Under the pieces are notes generated by a model that made no database searches, was not told the origin of the DNA, and saw only the letters and a program-made list of their open reading frames with translations. DNA of 64,000 nucleotides from Ptychomitrium polyphyllum (lineage: Eukaryota). A program made the position numbers and the translations under genes. This document shows, in pieces, positions 63,233 to 64,000 of the stretch. How positions within the stretch are numbered: position 1 is the stretch's first letter; each line of letters starts with the position of its first letter. The DNA is taken from contig OZ316775.1 of the NCBI GenBank assembly GCA_973851085.1, forward strand, positions 17,360,001-17,424,000, read 5' to 3'.

Positions 63233-64000
63233 AGCTTAAGTTAATACTAAATTCTTAATAAAGCTGACCATAGTTTTAGTGCAATTTAAAGTTTAGAATT
63301 ATAAGAGAGTTGGCTCTCTAGACTCAACATTCTTGTCAAGTCAAACCTTGTGAATGTTTTGAAAGGAAGCTCCTTGTTGTTGAATTTACTTGGATATGGT
63401 CGTTTAGCCATTAAGTAAATTTAGAATTTCTCTTCACACTTGTACTCTTGGATTCTCCTTTTGTAGATTGAAAGATGCTTAACTAATACTTGTGATCCTT
63501 TTTTCTTTACTTGACAAGAATCTTCTTTGTCTCAAACTTTGAGTGATGTAGCAAGTGTTGGATGGAAGCAAGTTTATTCAAAACTTTTAGTGTTGTATAG
63601 ATTGTAAGACGCTTGAAGTGGATTTTAGATTATTCATACAGTTTTGAAATTCAAAGTACACTTGAGTGAAGTTGCTGAGCTTTAGAATGTTGGAATTTTG
63701 GTTGTTGGAAGCATTGATGCAATAAAAGTCTCACAATGGCACATCGTGGTTCACAGTGGCTCGTGGCAAATTGCGTAGGTGACTGCTGAACAGCGACTAG
63801 AAGATGGTGGACGGCGACCGGACAAAGCCAATAACTAGCAATCGATAGGTGCAATTCAAAAGCCGTCAAGGACCTTAAACTATGGAACTCTAAACTGTTA
63901 AGGACTTTAAACCATTTCTACACCTTTGCAGATTTTCAAGAAATGGTTCTTTGTACTTCCAAAACTTGAACTTTTTTTGGAGTTTTTGAAATGGATTCTT

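Overview
Eukaryotic nuclear DNA, most likely a non-seed land plant and probably a moss. This is inferred from Tcn1-like chromodomain Gypsy elements, a half-tRNA-primed Copia element, and plant-type NIC2, LURP-one and WRAP73 genes with GT-AG introns. Bases 1 to ~44 kb are a nested, decayed transposon block. It holds a truncated chromoviral Gypsy (family B) and three copies of a second chromoviral Gypsy (family A): one complete with CTCAA target-site duplication at 7550-14282, and one nested antisense inside the third. It also holds a complete but decayed Copia (14639-19999) inserted into a family B LTR, four nested solo LTRs (38721-42850) and a Mutator-like transposase relic. Bases ~44.6-62.5 kb are a gene island: a six-exon pseudogene of the release-factor-H-coupled RtcB (RtcB2) RNA ligase family, an intronless GC-rich GH53 endo-beta-1,4-galactanase of microbial type, WRAP73/WDR8, nicotinamidase NIC2-like and a LURP-one-related gene. 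The most notable observations are the RtcB2 pseudogene beside the GH53 gene (both candidate microbial acquisitions), a Tf1-like self-priming signature and a -1 frameshift hairpin in the Gypsy element, and shared stop codons within islands of near-identity between two Gypsy copies. Family assignments come from motif recall, not database searches.
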